DNA from: Cercozoa sp. M6MM
Taxonomy: Eukaryota > Protista > Endomyxa: Ascetosporea
Length of the DNA: 64,000 nt
Direction: 5' to 3' (one strand)
Assembly: GCA_040357565.1 (NCBI GenBank)
Contig: JBDODJ010000023.1
Part shown: positions 1 to 12,633 of the stretch, piece by piece
Numbering within the stretch: position 1 is the stretch's first letter
How the letters are laid out: each line of letters begins with the position of its first letter
Position numbers and translations under genes: made by a program
The notes under the pieces: generated by a model
What the model was told of the DNA's origin: nothing
The model's input: the letters and a program-made list of their open reading frames with translations, nothing else
The model's database searches: none

Positions 1-70
<70 letters not shown>
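1..70. repeat. (GT)n microsatellite, probably intronic
   Basis: Perfect GT run at the window start, upstream of an AG acceptor at 113-114. Confidence 0.95.
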
Positions 71-71
<1 letters not shown>

Positions 72-114
72 CAAACAACCTTTATCCAGTGGAAAAAGCT
101 TTTTTGTGTTTCAG

Positions 115-615
115 GGAACGAATGCTTCGTTTGCCGAAATGCGGATGCGGACTCGCGAGTATCTGCTTGAGTATCTTGCTTTTCTCGCGTGTTACTCGCA
201 TTCTTGTTCATATGTGATTGGCATTCCAGACACGAGGAGGAGTTTCTGCCATTTTTGGACCTCACTGGAACCTACCGACAGTACTGCGATGCCATTGTCG
301 ACTTTGACCGACCGGTCTGGGGTGGTACGTTTTCATCTTTGCCGTGTGACCCCAGTTTAGACCTTTCGTGATCCCCTCATGTTTTGCGACCCAGGCGAAC
401 CCGAGATTGCGGCGCTCTCCGCATTGCTGGAGCGTTGCATTCATGTGTACAGCGCCGGTGCGCCTCTTCGTGTCGTTGGCGAGGAGCACATGGACAAAAG
501 CGAGCCACTGCGCCTGTCGTTCCACCTGCACGAGATCGGTCTCGGAAATCACTACAACTCCGTCGTTCCGGCTACTTCGCTTCTGAGCAACATGGATCGC
601 TTCCTTCAGGATTAG
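115..615 (+). CDS. OTU-family deubiquitinase (OTUD6-like), 3' part
   Basis: Exons 115-170, 230-324 and 395-615 give MRTREYLLEHEEEFLPFL...WGGEPEIAALS...LRLSFHLHEIGLGNHYNSVV. WGG..E and HYNSV are OTU motifs. Confidence 0.85.
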
Positions 616-860
616 TGCGTCGCATTCGTGGTCCAAAAACCGGACACAATGCGATCAGGATTATTTTCTTTAATTTTATTGATGCACGTCCTTAAGAAAA
701 CATGCCGAGTCACAAATGTGCTCTAACCGCTAGAAAACTAGTTCAACGGCGTGTAAACGTTTTGTACACACAGATAGTGGAAACTACGTGAGCTAGGTGG
801 CAGAGAGCTAGGTCATTGCGAGCGGTCGATTTGCGAAGACGGAAAAATCGAAAAACAAAA

Positions 861-1803
861 ATGCTGCGACGCGCCGTGTCTCGCAGCCTATCAGTCACGC
901 TTACGTCCGCGCGGGTGAAGTCAGCGTGTTTCTTCACTCTGCCGTCCGCGCGGATGCAGATGTTGGCGGCCCAGCGGTCAGTACGGCCGTCCACGCGGAT
1001 GCTCACATCGGGATTGCGTGAGAAAATGAAGAAAATGAAGAACCTCGAGGGTACCTTTTGATCGTTGTTGTTGTTACTTTTTTAATTTGTTGTTTTTGTG
1101 CAGGTTTCATGCCGGCGCTGATTTTCGCGAGTTTCGCGCAGGCAGCGGCGCTGGTGGCGGGTAAGGAGAGTAGGGTAAAGGGGGGGTAAAGAGGGGGGTA
1201 AAGGGGGGTATATCTGCTGATGTACGCAGTGGTGTACGCGTCGCTGGAGGATGTGGCCGAGTGGACAGTGTCGAAACTGAGGAGTCGAGAGAGTCAGACA
1301 CTGCACAAGCTGGCGCAGCGACTGCAGGACAAGGTGGCACATGCCAAGGAGTCTGCAGAGTTGCGATTCATCGCCTCGGTGGCTGTGGCCTCGGCGATCA
1401 AGCTGTTGTTCAAGCCGGTCTTCTTGGCCATTCCTTTGGTACCTCCTATCCTCTGACTCATCCTCTGATTCATCCTCTTGACCCATCCTCTGACTCATCC
1501 TCTGATTTATCTTTTTGACAGGGCGCTGCCATGCTACTGAGACGTGTCTGGCCCTTCCCGATGCTGTACGCTTTTTATGTAGCCATCTGCGTTGTTTTAC
1601 CGCCTGATCTCGCAGGCACCGAAGGTTCGTCACGTCGGCCAAGACGGCCGGACAGAAGGCTAAAACGGCTGGCCAAAAGGTCGGCCAGAGGGTACAGCTT
1701 TTACTTTTACGCAGTTGCAAGCTGCTCGCCTGACTCATCTGCTGTTGCGTAGATCAAGGAGAAGAAGGACTCCATGTCGTTCCCGCCCATGCGTCCTGAG
1801 TGA
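861..1803 (+). CDS. Probable mitochondrial membrane protein (weak FAM210/DUF1279-like resemblance)
   Basis: Arg/Ser-rich presequence MLRRAVSRSLS, then hydrophobic exons (FIASVAVASAIKLLFKPVFLAIPL). GT-AG introns join in frame to TGA 1801-1803. The family assignment is weak. Confidence 0.5.
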
Positions 1804-2111
1804 GTCGGTTACTCTGAGTTACTCGTGTCGGTCCATGCACTACCGCACGTCGCGTCGATCGCACGTCGCGTCGATCGCAATCGCATCGATCTTTTATGTA
1901 ATAAACTGAAATTAACTTAACCACGGCAAGCTTAGGTCTTCCGCGAAGTGGCTTGAGGAAACCCTCAATTCGTATAACGTCAGTCTACCGTCGCGTACGC
2001 TATTTTTTTGGTCTCTTGGTACTGTATTTGAAAAACGGGGCTCACAGCTAGCCCGACAAAAACTGTGTATGATGTATGATACTTCGAGGTAACCCAGTCA
2101 TAAACAACCAA

Positions 2112-3538
2112 CTAATTCGACGAGGAGTACGGCATGAGCAGCAGGATGACCTCGCGGAGTTTCTCGACGGCAGTGTGAGTGTCCGAGAAACGCATGGCGG
2201 CCATGGCGTGCTTTGTAAGCTTCTCCGCCTCCATGATGTGTCTCACCCTACAAACAACGGTTTTGTAACACTTTACTGTAATTGACAGAGAGGCAAGCCT
2301 ACTTGTCCTCTTCAGAGTAACTGCCCAACGGTGTCGGAACACCCGGCGCAGGGTGCGGTTTCTTTGCGGGATCGTTGCCTACGAATTCCATCAATCAAAC
2401 AGTGTCAGGGGGGAGGAGGGTGGTAGGTTACCGATGGGGTAGGCGCCACCAGAGGCAGCGGTTGCATTTCGCACATGTGCAGGGGCTTCGTAATGATACT
2501 GAGCAACAAAGACACATGCCACATCAAACCGTGGGTTCAATAAAGAGAGACAAACCTGGTCGGAAGAAGCCTGAATGAAGTTGACTTGCGAAGGAGGCGT
2601 GCTGTGAGAGGAACGCGGATTCTGCATGAAAGCTTCTTGCGGAAACGTATCGCCTCCAACAGGCGACGGCACATGCGTCGGCTCGGCCGGAGCAACTGCA
2701 TCACTCTCTTGCGACAACTGACTGCTGAGACTGGTCTGCACAAGAGTTATGTCACTTTTGCACATGACAATATCCACATGACGGCACTCAAAAGCACCTC
2801 TTCAAACTGCTGCTCATTTGAGGTGTCAAATGGGTTGCCAGGCGTCGGCTTGCGACCCTCGCGAATGGCATCGGTGATGTCCTTCGCTTTGAACAGACAG
2901 TACTTCGCCTTCTCTTCGATGTCGGAATCGCGCTCGCCAAAATTCTTCAGTGTCTACAAAAAAGGAAGTTAAAAAAATAAAGCATTCACTTCGCAATTAA
3001 AAAACTGTACCTCAAAAAAGACCCAGGCCGTCATAAAGGCCGTAACTGTGCGCTTACTGGCACGTCCTTCCGAGTCTTCCTGCGAGAGGAAGAGTTTATT
3101 TCATAAAGAAAGCAGGCCCTTTGTACCTTGTGCGCATTAGAAAAGATGCTCATGGCGAAATCCGTCACATCAGCTTCGGCTTCAACTTCCGGCTTGCTTC
3201 GCACCTCCAGCGGCGTCTCCTGTTGCGTTTGATTTAATCATAGAGTAGGTTCGCCAAGTAAAGGCCCGGAAAGAGAAAGACGTAAACGTACCTCGAGTGC
3301 ACCGAGAAGTGTACGAAGGAAGGCTTGCGACTCGGGTGTTTTGTCGCCTTGCATCAGCTGCTTTGCAACGTACAGACGCGCTTGGTAGCCAGCCACTGGC
3401 CGGATCTAAGCAGACACACTTAGCAGCCACACAAATCACAACAGAGGTTATCTGTACCTTGTCTGCTTGCACAGCATTGAGGAGAAACTTGCGAAATCGC
3501 TTAAGCGACGGGGGAAGCTCTTGCGCCAGTTGTGACAT
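2112..3538 (-). CDS. VTA1: VTA1/LIP5, ESCRT cofactor of Vps4
   Basis: N-terminal LPPSLKRFRKFL; MIT segment AFMTAWVFFE-TLKNFGERDSDIEEKAKYCLFKAKDITDAIREGRKPTPG; C-terminal VSL motif EAEKLTKHAMAAMRFSDTHTAVEKL. Confidence 0.85.
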
Positions 3539-3842
3539 TTTCGTTTTGGCCTGTTGCCACGTTTCTCAACACACAGCAAAACCGCGCTTATGCTCCTTTC
3601 CACAAAGACTTTTCTTGCTCTCTGGCAATTCAAGACAGTTTGCTATCGTTTCTAAAGCTTAAATTGCTGCCTAGGCCCGGCTTGCGTGCTCAAAAACGAT
3701 GATCGTTTCATCGGCTCGCATTGATACAACGCAGAGCCGAGAATTTAAAACAGCTGTTGCTCAGTTATCGCAATTCAGTCGACTGCGAGCGTGTGCTAAG
3801 TTATATGGCTCTTGTGTTGCTAGACTTTTATCTTATTTAAAC

Positions 3843-5005
3843 ATGGAATGCGCGATCTGCACGGATGTGATCGGCCACCCCGACACTGCGACTGTAATCG
3901 AGAACTTCCTTTTTGTCTTGCAGAAGGCATAGGGGGGATACGTTTTGAGGCTTGTAGACCGCGTGTGGTCATCAGTTTCACCGCTGTTGTCTTCTTCAAT
4001 GGACAAAGTCACCCAACGTACAATACAATACTAGTCTCCGACAACAAACCAGATGTGGCTGGTGAGAGAGATGAAGTGTATGATAGAAGAAGGCGACGTG
4101 TCCGATGTGCCGCCGCACGGTGCGCATAGTCTGGTGCGTGACCGGCGAAGTGATCTGTTTGCATGAGAACGGGCGAGTTAGAGTGTCGCAAACACTGAGC
4201 GCACTCGAGGACGAACTCGTCAGTGTGATGCGCCGCATGCCCCTGCCCGAACTCCAGTTGACCCGGTCGCAAGTGCTGCATGTTGTCAAGTCACTAGAAG
4301 AGACTCCGTACGTACTTGTGCCTCGCTCTGATGGTACAGTGCTTAAAAACTTGAGTCAGGATCACGTCAGTTCTTTGTCTTGGCACAGTGGAGAACGTGA
4401 TCCAACAAGGCACGAGACGAAGTTTGCCGTCGGTGCGAAAGGCACTCGACGACGTACTGGCGTCGTTCAAGTCAACAAATTCGAACGATCGAGACGAAAG
4501 CTACTCTGGAGTCGAAGTTTTTGTTCGTGGCACTTCGCAGTACCTTACTCTCTGCTGCCCTTTCAGTTCCAATTTACTCTCTACTGCAAGTAGGTACCTT
4601 CGGCGAGTATGTGACGTCGCGCAAATCATTGTCGACATTTTTGATCAACTTCGGGGTGATGGTACTGTAAATTTACTGGTTACAGTCTCAATACGTATAT
4701 TATGGATTAAACTTATATTATACTGCTACACATCTGTTGTACTTGCTCACGGCTTGCGATTGGTGTCTTTTTGCATGCGCATTCGCTGCTCAGCCACGCA
4801 TGTGGAATGGCGGCTTGTGTGCGAGCGCGTGCTACCAGTGGTTAGAAGTGACTGCACGATCGCACACTTGGAGCAAGCGGTCATTCGCGCGCCATCGCTG
4901 TACCTCGTCTCTGCAAGTGCCGCACCGGCAAGTAATGGTACAAGTATGACGACTGGGAGGTGGCTTTCGACTGTGCCTTGTCCTCCTCCGCCTTCAAGTT
5001 CGTAG
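3843..5005 (+). CDS. RING-H2 zinc-finger protein, putative E3 ligase
   Basis: Spliced MECAIC...TACGHQFHRCCLLQW...TCPMCRR. The 3' end is approximate. Confidence 0.7.
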
Positions 5006-5262
5006 CATTAATTGGATATCGTGCTAGTCGTCGCTATGAACTGACGTCCGGTGTTTCCAGTCCAATACAGTACCGTGTCCCCAAGCGGGCGGTGGATTAC
5101 GGCCAATGCGCTTGTGACCCTCCCACGCCAGGACTGGCACAGGGAAACAACATCGGCATAGTTAATTTACTTCTCGTATGCATGCGCATGGTAGCCGCCA
5201 CCATCATCGTATCCCGACGCAATAAACATCCTCTGTCACGATAATTTCACTTTCTTGCAATG

Positions 5263-7588
5263 CTAAACATTCGAGCGCCGCGTTCGCGGACCCCGCTGCG
5301 CCAACTTGTTGGCAGACTGCCCTCGGTGATGCAGATAGTCACCAAAGCAAAGATATACAGGAGCACAGAGCAACGGAGTGTGTACGTGGGCCGGATGTCG
5401 AGCGCACCAGGTCACCATTTGCTTCATGTCTGTCAGGAGCAGCTTCATGGCTCGCGTCCATTCGATCTCGTCTCTGTAGAGTGCGTGAATGCCGCCTATT
5501 GTCTTTTCTCTGCGGACAACAGTGGTGGATACACACATACACAACGACAGGATGCAGGTGCAAAGAAGCACACCTCAGATCGATCGGTGCTGCCAATGTG
5601 AGACCATCAAAGTGCTCACTTAACTCAGCCACAGACACGAGGAGCGCGAACAGTGCCTCGTTGAACGCGCGCGTCCTACCCGCAAACAAGTATTCTACAC
5701 CCTTACTCCCTGATAGTGAATGACACACCAAAACACACGACTCAGACTGAAATCAGTCGACACGTTTAACTCCAACAGTCCTACAAGAAAAACCAAACTC
5801 ACGAAAGAAAGGTGTGCAATTTGCAAGTGTACGGTTGTTGCCCTGCATGCGCATTTTTGAGAAACTTCCCAGCGGAACCGGGTCGTACTTTGTGAATCTT
5901 AAGTCTGCGAACACACAGATGCATACTAATACAAAAAGTAACCCAAGGAATCCCGTACCTCGACTCCGTGCGAGAATGTCGAGCAGCAGCACAGTCTGTA
6001 TCAAGGAAAAAACAATAACAGGCATGTGGAAAAGTGTTCCCAAAAGTGTGACACCTCGCCCAAAGCAGCGTTAATTTCGCTCCAATCCACTGGCTGTGCC
6101 GGTAGTCGTCTGTGCAGACAAAAACTTTACACAAAGGTTTAAACCGCAAAGAGAGCCGAGGCTACCCAAGTCGGTAATTGTTGATCATGCCAAAGTGCGC
6201 ATCGTGATCAATGTGCAGAAGGTCGTCCAGGGCCTACTCAGAAAAGCAAACATAGAACAGGTGGTACCTTATGGACAAACAAGAAAAGCTACATCTGTTC
6301 GACGCAGCAAGCGCAGTTGTCTTTCGGCGGCTTTCACTCCATGGTCTGCTGCTGAAGCCTGGGGGACAAGAGATATAACGAGGTAAACAGATAGAAAAGT
6401 AGAAAAAAGTGCTACTTGATGCCGCAACGTGGTGGCTTCGGCATCGCACATGTTGGCATCTCGTACCAACTGTTCAGACCACGATTACAATGTTAAAACA
6501 GCCAGAAAAAGTAAAAAGGGCAGAATACCTCGTTTTCCACAGCAGCAACTTCTGCGTCGATTTTGTCCAACTAAAAATGAAAGCGATCGCACCGCACAGT
6601 ACAAACACAACGAACACTTACTCGAAGCGACTCATTTTGAAGTGCTTCACGTTCCTGCAAAAGCTCCTGTAACTCTTGAGTCAACTCGCGCTCTTCGCGA
6701 CAAAGCGCTTCGAATTCCGCTATAGTGCAAAACTCGAGTTGCAACACAAAACAATCCAGACAATTAGTTACCTTGCTCTGCAGGCGTGTCACGGTGTTGC
6801 TGCAGTCGCTGCGCCGCTTTACGGAACTCGCGCGCAGTTTCTTTCAACTCCTAAGTTTCCGCGCGGATACACATAAATATAAAAACAAACAAAATTGCAA
6901 AAATAAATAACACACACGCTCGCGAGCTTGCATAATGTTGAGCGCTCGTTGTGCGCAGCCTTGGCACAGCGGGAAGTTGATTCTGCGCCAAAGAAGTTGA
7001 TAAAACGTGAGGTCGTATGATCGGTCTGGTGACTCAAAGCAGTACTGTGAGACATCGGCAGCCACTTGTTGCAATGTGTCTAGCGCCTGCAGTTCTTGAA
7101 ATATCAGTTTTAAACAAAGCTTTAAGCTTCCGGCACCTTGATCTGCGTGGACCAGTCGGCGGTTTTATCGTCAGCTTCTGTCTCGTCTGGCACAGCAGAT
7201 GAGAGATAAGTCAGCACACCCAAAAGCATATGTGTACCCTCCTTTTCTGCGTGATTGCTAACAGTGTCAAGACTTTGCGCATTCAGCATCGACTGAAGGA
7301 CAATGTAGCTCTGCTCCAAAGCCGAGTTATCCCCTCTGCACACGCACGCAGAAAGGACAACATATAAGCAACAGAAGGAACAGATTCCGGTCTACCCAGC
7401 AGAGCGAACAACGGCGGCGATTTCGTCGACGGCATTTCGTACACGGCGCACGTCATCTACATTGACAGGCTTGCAAAACCAGAACAACCACGAAATATCC
7501 ACAAGTTTTTACCCTCAGCCGGACTCGCCTCCAGCATCACGCCAATATGCGCCTTGCATCGATTGCAGCAGCATACTGCCTCAGCCAT
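5263..7588 (-). CDS. ATG6: Beclin-1/ATG6 (Vps30)
   Basis: N-terminal CNRC; INFPLCQGCA; coiled coil; HFGMINNYRLG; VDWSEINAALG; C-terminal WTRAMKLLLTDMK. Confidence 0.9.
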
Positions 7589-7798
7589 TTCTCGTGCTCC
7601 TCCCACGCCTTGGCGCACGCTGTATAACCCGAGCGGCAATGACAGCAACAATCTGGGACTTGTCACCTTAATAATAATGTATTTTTTCGTCCAGTGGACG
7701 ACGTATCGCGCGTGATCACCCACGTCGCGCTTGCTGAGTGTGTGCACAAGCGTGTGTGACCGAAATCGTAGTGCTTAAGCACGACACGGACGGAGGCA

Positions 7799-10700
7799 AT
7801 GCAGAGTATTCTCACTCCACGCAGGGCTACACTGCTGGCCCTGGCCGTGGTTGTGGGCGGTGCTATGCTGCGTCAGCGCCTTCAAGCCGCAGGTCGACCC
7901 ACAGAGCTTCATGTGGATAAGTCTGACACTAAGGTGCAATGAAATCCAGATCACTTGAAAAACGCCAGTTTGGGCATTTTATCTTTGCAGAAGAAACCAA
8001 AGAAGTCGAGTGGCAAGAAAAGCAAGCGTGCAGCCGTCGATGGCGTGTTTTTGCGTCGCCTGCTGCGCTTGCGTACCGAATTCTTTCTCAGAACTGCATC
8101 GCGTTTCTTTTGTAAATTTGGGTTTGTGCAGGGAAGGTGTTGTTCCGCCGAAAGGAGACGGTCCTGCTCATTCTACACACTCTCGCCTTGGTAACATCTT
8201 CTCTGTTGGTTTGGAAGGCAGTTCTGACGCATTCTGCAGGTAACGCGCACCTTCCTGTCGATCTACGTGAGCACCCTGGACGGCCACATCACTCGACACA
8301 TTGTTGAACGCGTACTATTCAGATACAGACGGTGACTATAAGCTGCCTAAATATGTGCTTGTGCAGGATGTTAAAGCTTTCGTTTGGCGCATGGTCCGCT
8401 GGATCTCTGTGGTACGTTGTGCAAGAGTTGATAAACTCGTTTGGTTTGAATATTTGTATGTGTCTTTGGGTTAGGCCATTCCTGCCACGGGCTGCAATGC
8501 GCTGATTCGCTTCTTGGAGGCTCGTCTTGCTCTCGCTTTGCGCACTCGTTTGGTACTTGTGTTTGAACTGATCTTGAAGCTTTGTATTGCTTGTATGGCA
8601 GGTGCACCATGCCTACAAAAAGTACATGGGTCAAGGTACCTTTCTGCTTTCTATCCCCTGTTACCTCGGTATAACTTGTGTATCAATGGCAGATGTGGCC
8701 AAGTCAAACACAGACAGTCTGGCGCCAGTGTACTACGCCGTGTCGAACCTCGACTCGCGCCTGCAGAACCCGGTACTAGTGTGCTTGTTGCTGTACAAGT
8801 TTAGTTGTAATAAATCACCCTTGCCGCAGGATCAATGTTTGACTAGTGATGTCGAGACTTTCTGCACTCGATTGGCCGGTACCGTTGCATGCTTTGCCCC
8901 TTCTATACCTTCTTTTTACCCCTTTACACCCAGGAATCTACTCGGCCCTGTCAAAGCCGCTGCTCGACCTGGTGCTGATGAGTGCGCAGCTGGCGCGTCT
9001 CAATACGCATCCCAACGTTTCTACTGGTAGCCTACCTCATCTTACCTATTTACTATCTTAACACCCTCGGTGGCAGGCGTCGACACACGTCCCTTCTGGC
9101 AGCGCAACGTGGTTTGTACCTCTTTACCCCCCCCCCCCATTTACCCCTTTACCTTCTTGAATTTAGGGCATCACGGTGGGCTCCTCAACCATGGTGATCA
9201 CGTCGGTGCTACTTCGTCTGATCACGCCGCCGTTCGGTCGCATCGTTGCCGAGCAAGTAAGCACGTGTTATCACTTGTGTGGTCACTGGTGTGGTCACTG
9301 GTACACATGTGGTCACGTGTACAGGCCGCACGTGACGGTGAATTGCGAGGCACGCACGCCCGCGTCATTGCGCATGCCGAAGAAAGTACCCCCCCCCCCC
9401 CCACTCCCATCCTTTACCCCTTTACCCCCTGCCTCCAGTTGCCTTCTACGGCGGTGGTCAGATCGAACACGGCGTTCTTACAAGTACTCCAGCTATTACC
9501 CCCCCCCCTGCCCCTCTACCCTAATCTGTGCAGAGGCCTTCTCACGTGTGTCACAGCAGCTGCGTCGATTGTTCAATGTAGTTTTAACCCTTTACCTTTT
9601 CTTCCTCCCACCCCATCTTTACACCTTGCTCCCGTTTGTAGGTCCGTCTGCCCTACGTGATGATGGAGCAGTTCTTGATGAAGTACGTCTGGTCGGCGGC
9701 TGGTCTGGTAGCTTTTGCTTTGACTGAGTGACTCAGTAGCTTCCTGAGTGACTGACTGAGTGATCACGTGACTGACTGGATGATCACGTGTGTGCAGGTG
9801 ATCATCGCAGTGCCGCAATTCGGCAACACGAACTCGTCGGCGCAGCGCACGCAGCACATGGTCACCGCACGCGGTACCACCTGTCACTGTCACTTGTTCG
9901 TTTGTTCGGTACATTTGTACCGCACGTGTACAGGCTTCCTGGGCGGTGTGGCCGATGCGGTGGAGCGCATTCTGTCCGCGTGGAAGGACGTTGCGGAACT
10001 CAGTGGCTACACGGAGCGTGTCTCCACGATGCTGGTGTGTTATCCCCAGCTTACACCCATCTTACCCCCCCCCCCCCCTTACCCTCTGGCTTGGTGAAGG
10101 ATGTGTTCGACGATGTGGCGGCTGGGAACTTCACGCGCGCCAACAAGGCGACGGAGCAGGGCCGTCTCGAGTACACGGAGCAGTCGGTGTCACTGCGCGA
10201 CGTGCCGATCTGCACGCCGTCGGGCGATCAGTTGGTACACACGGACTGTATCAATGGACTGTACCAATGGACCGTACAGGGCGAATAGACTGACAAATGG
10301 ACCGTACAAATGTGGACTGTACAAATGGACAGGTGGAGTCGCTCAGTCTCGATGTGTCGCGCGGCGAGCACGTGCTCATCACGGGCGCCAACGGCGTCGG
10401 CAAGTCGTCGATCTTCAAGATCCTCGCCGGTCTCTGGCCGCTCCGTGGCGGTACAAATCTCCACATGTCCTGTCCTGTGTCCAATATCCTGACTGTACAC
10501 TGGACGGTCCAAATGGACCCAGTGAGATCTTGAAACATATCCTATCTTGCAGGTGTTATTCAACGGCCGCGCAGCGACTTTTTCGTCGTGCCGCAAAAGC
10601 CGTATTTTACCAAAGGGTACCTCTACAGTCTTGTTGTTTGTGTGTGCTTCCGCGCGGACGTCTGTTTCGTGTAGCTCATTGCGCGATCAGATCACGTATC

Positions 10701-11707
10701 CGGACACCAAGTCGCGTCTGTCGGACGAGGAACTCACGTCGCTTATGGTATGGAGAGGATAAAGGGGAGGGGATAAACGGGGCAGGGGTAGAAGGGTGAT
10801 ATGCTGTCTGCAGGAGGACGTGTACCTCAAGTACGTGATCGAGCGTGAGGGTGGTTTGGACGTGGTGCGACCCAACTGGCAGGACGTTCTCAGCGGCGGC
10901 GAGAAGCAGCGACTCAACATGGCGCGTCTCTTCTACCACAGGGTAGGACTCGCCTCTTTAACCACACTTTGCGCCCCCTTAATTCAACAAGTGTAGCCCA
11001 CGTTTGCGCTGCTGGACGAGTGCACCTCTGCTGTCAGCAACGACGTCGAGCGCGCTATCTACTCGCGTGCCAAGTCGCTCGGTATGACCATGCTCACGGT
11101 ACGACGCTCCCTTAAATGTATCCAATTCTGTTCGGTCCATGTGGGCGGTATGGTTTTATGATTGTCCCAAAAAACGCAGGTGACGCTGCGACCGGCGTCG
11201 CTGTTGCAGCTGCACGATAAATTGCTCACACTCGATGGCGAGGGTATGCTTTATTTCTGATCGGGTCACATTCAATGCATCCATCCGCGCGGATGTTTGC
11301 TCAGGCGGCTACACGCTCAAATCGCTCGACGGAGGTGCCGATATGGGTTCAATCGATGAATCGCTGCATGATGAGGTGTGTGGACCCACGAAAGTTTGCA
11401 ATTTTGCAATCTTGCTTTCTCATGTGAAAAACGTGCTTTTTGTGTTTTTTGCAGAAGCAGCGACTCGAAGCGCAGATCCGCGACGCGTTGCGCATCGAAG
11501 AGGAGCTTGAGGAAGTGTGTGAAGCCCTTGGTACTTCTCTTACATACTTTGCGTTCATAATTTTGACTCTTGACTCAACTCTTGATTTTGACTCGGTGTG
11601 CAGGTGAGGACAGCATGTTGCTGCAGCAGTCGCGTAAAGCTCGTCAGCAGTACGTGGCCACGCACCCGCCACAAGTCGAAACTGCGACCACCGAAACTCC
11701 GCTGTAG
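7799..11707 (+). CDS. ABCD: Peroxisomal ABC half-transporter, subfamily D
   Basis: [13 protein letters not shown]; Walker [10 protein letters not shown]; PQKPYF; signature LSGGEKQRL; [10 protein letters not shown]; C-terminal [17 protein letters not shown]; stop TAG 11705-11707. Confidence 0.93.
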
Positions 11708-11708
11708 G

Positions 11709-11712
<4 letters not shown>

Positions 11713-11758
<46 letters not shown>

Positions 11759-11768
11759 NNNNNNNNNN

Positions 11769-11814
<46 letters not shown>
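11713..11814. repeat. (CA)n microsatellite containing a 10-N assembly gap
   Basis: Directly visible; Ns at 11759-11768. Confidence 0.95.
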
Positions 11815-11820
<6 letters not shown>

Positions 11821-12102
11821 TACGTGCGTACGTGCGTACGTGCATACGTGATACGTGTATTCTCTTTGTCTCTCAACGCAAGATACGTGCCTACCCTGCA
11901 GGGATGCCGCGCCTGCGTCGGCGTCGTCAGAGTCGCCATAGCTTCTAATTTTGCCACTCCGCTCGGCTCGGCTCGGTAATCAGACGAAACGCACGTGCGT
12001 GCCGGTGGGAGAGTCTGTTTGTCACACGCCCACGCACGACATACTTCGCTCCGCTCCATGTCACAGCGTCGATTTTTTATTCGTCTGTTCATAGATACTA
12101 TT

Positions 12103-12402
12103 TGTTACGGCATAGCGTTTCTCAACCAGTCAAGTTGTCATCTGACTCGACTAAGTTTACACGTCAGCGCGGACGATTAAATCTAAGCCAGTATGGTTAA
12201 TAGTGAAGGATTTGTTTTGCTAGACCTGACTTCTTAGCTTGGGTCAAGCTTTCTACTTTGACTGCACTCTTCCCAACTCATGTCCCTTTGCACTTGATAC
12301 GTTCTGCCGTGATAGTGCCTGGGCTTTTTTTCAATTGCCATCAACAAGTTTCCTTTATTTAGTCGTCTTCAATACCTTAGTTACTGGTTCAATACCGCAA
12401 CA
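12103..12402. mobile_element. Solo-LTR-like element, copy 1 (300 bp)
   Basis: TGTTACGGCATA...AATACCGCAACA, i.e. TG..CA ends with an imperfect terminal inverted repeat. Flanked by a 4-bp direct repeat TATT (12099-12102 and 12403-12406). Homologous to 61072-61320. Confidence 0.75.
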
Positions 12403-12633
12403 TATTCGTTTGCCGTTCAATTTCAGTGTATACGATCCCCCATCGATCGTGCACGGTCACGGCCATCATGATAGTTAGTTAGTTCAGTCTACTACGAAAC
12501 CAACTGTCGTATGTAGAGTGTCCCTGTACCAGTTTGGGGGGAAGGGGTGTCATACTATCGCATGGCCGTAATTCAACTCCCCTTTTCAACTTCCAGGACG
12601 TCTTCTTTCAGGTCGCGGAGATCAAGATATAAA

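Noticed and set aside
1-360. Poly-CV / poly-HT ORFs here and at 11.7 kb and 27.2-27.7 kb
   Set aside because: They are translations of (GT)n/(CA)n microsatellites.
1161-1210. GGGGTAAA/TTTACCCC tracts as interstitial telomere repeats
   Set aside because: The unit is GGGTAA/TTACCC, not TTAGGG/CCCTAA. The tracts are irregular and essentially confined to introns.
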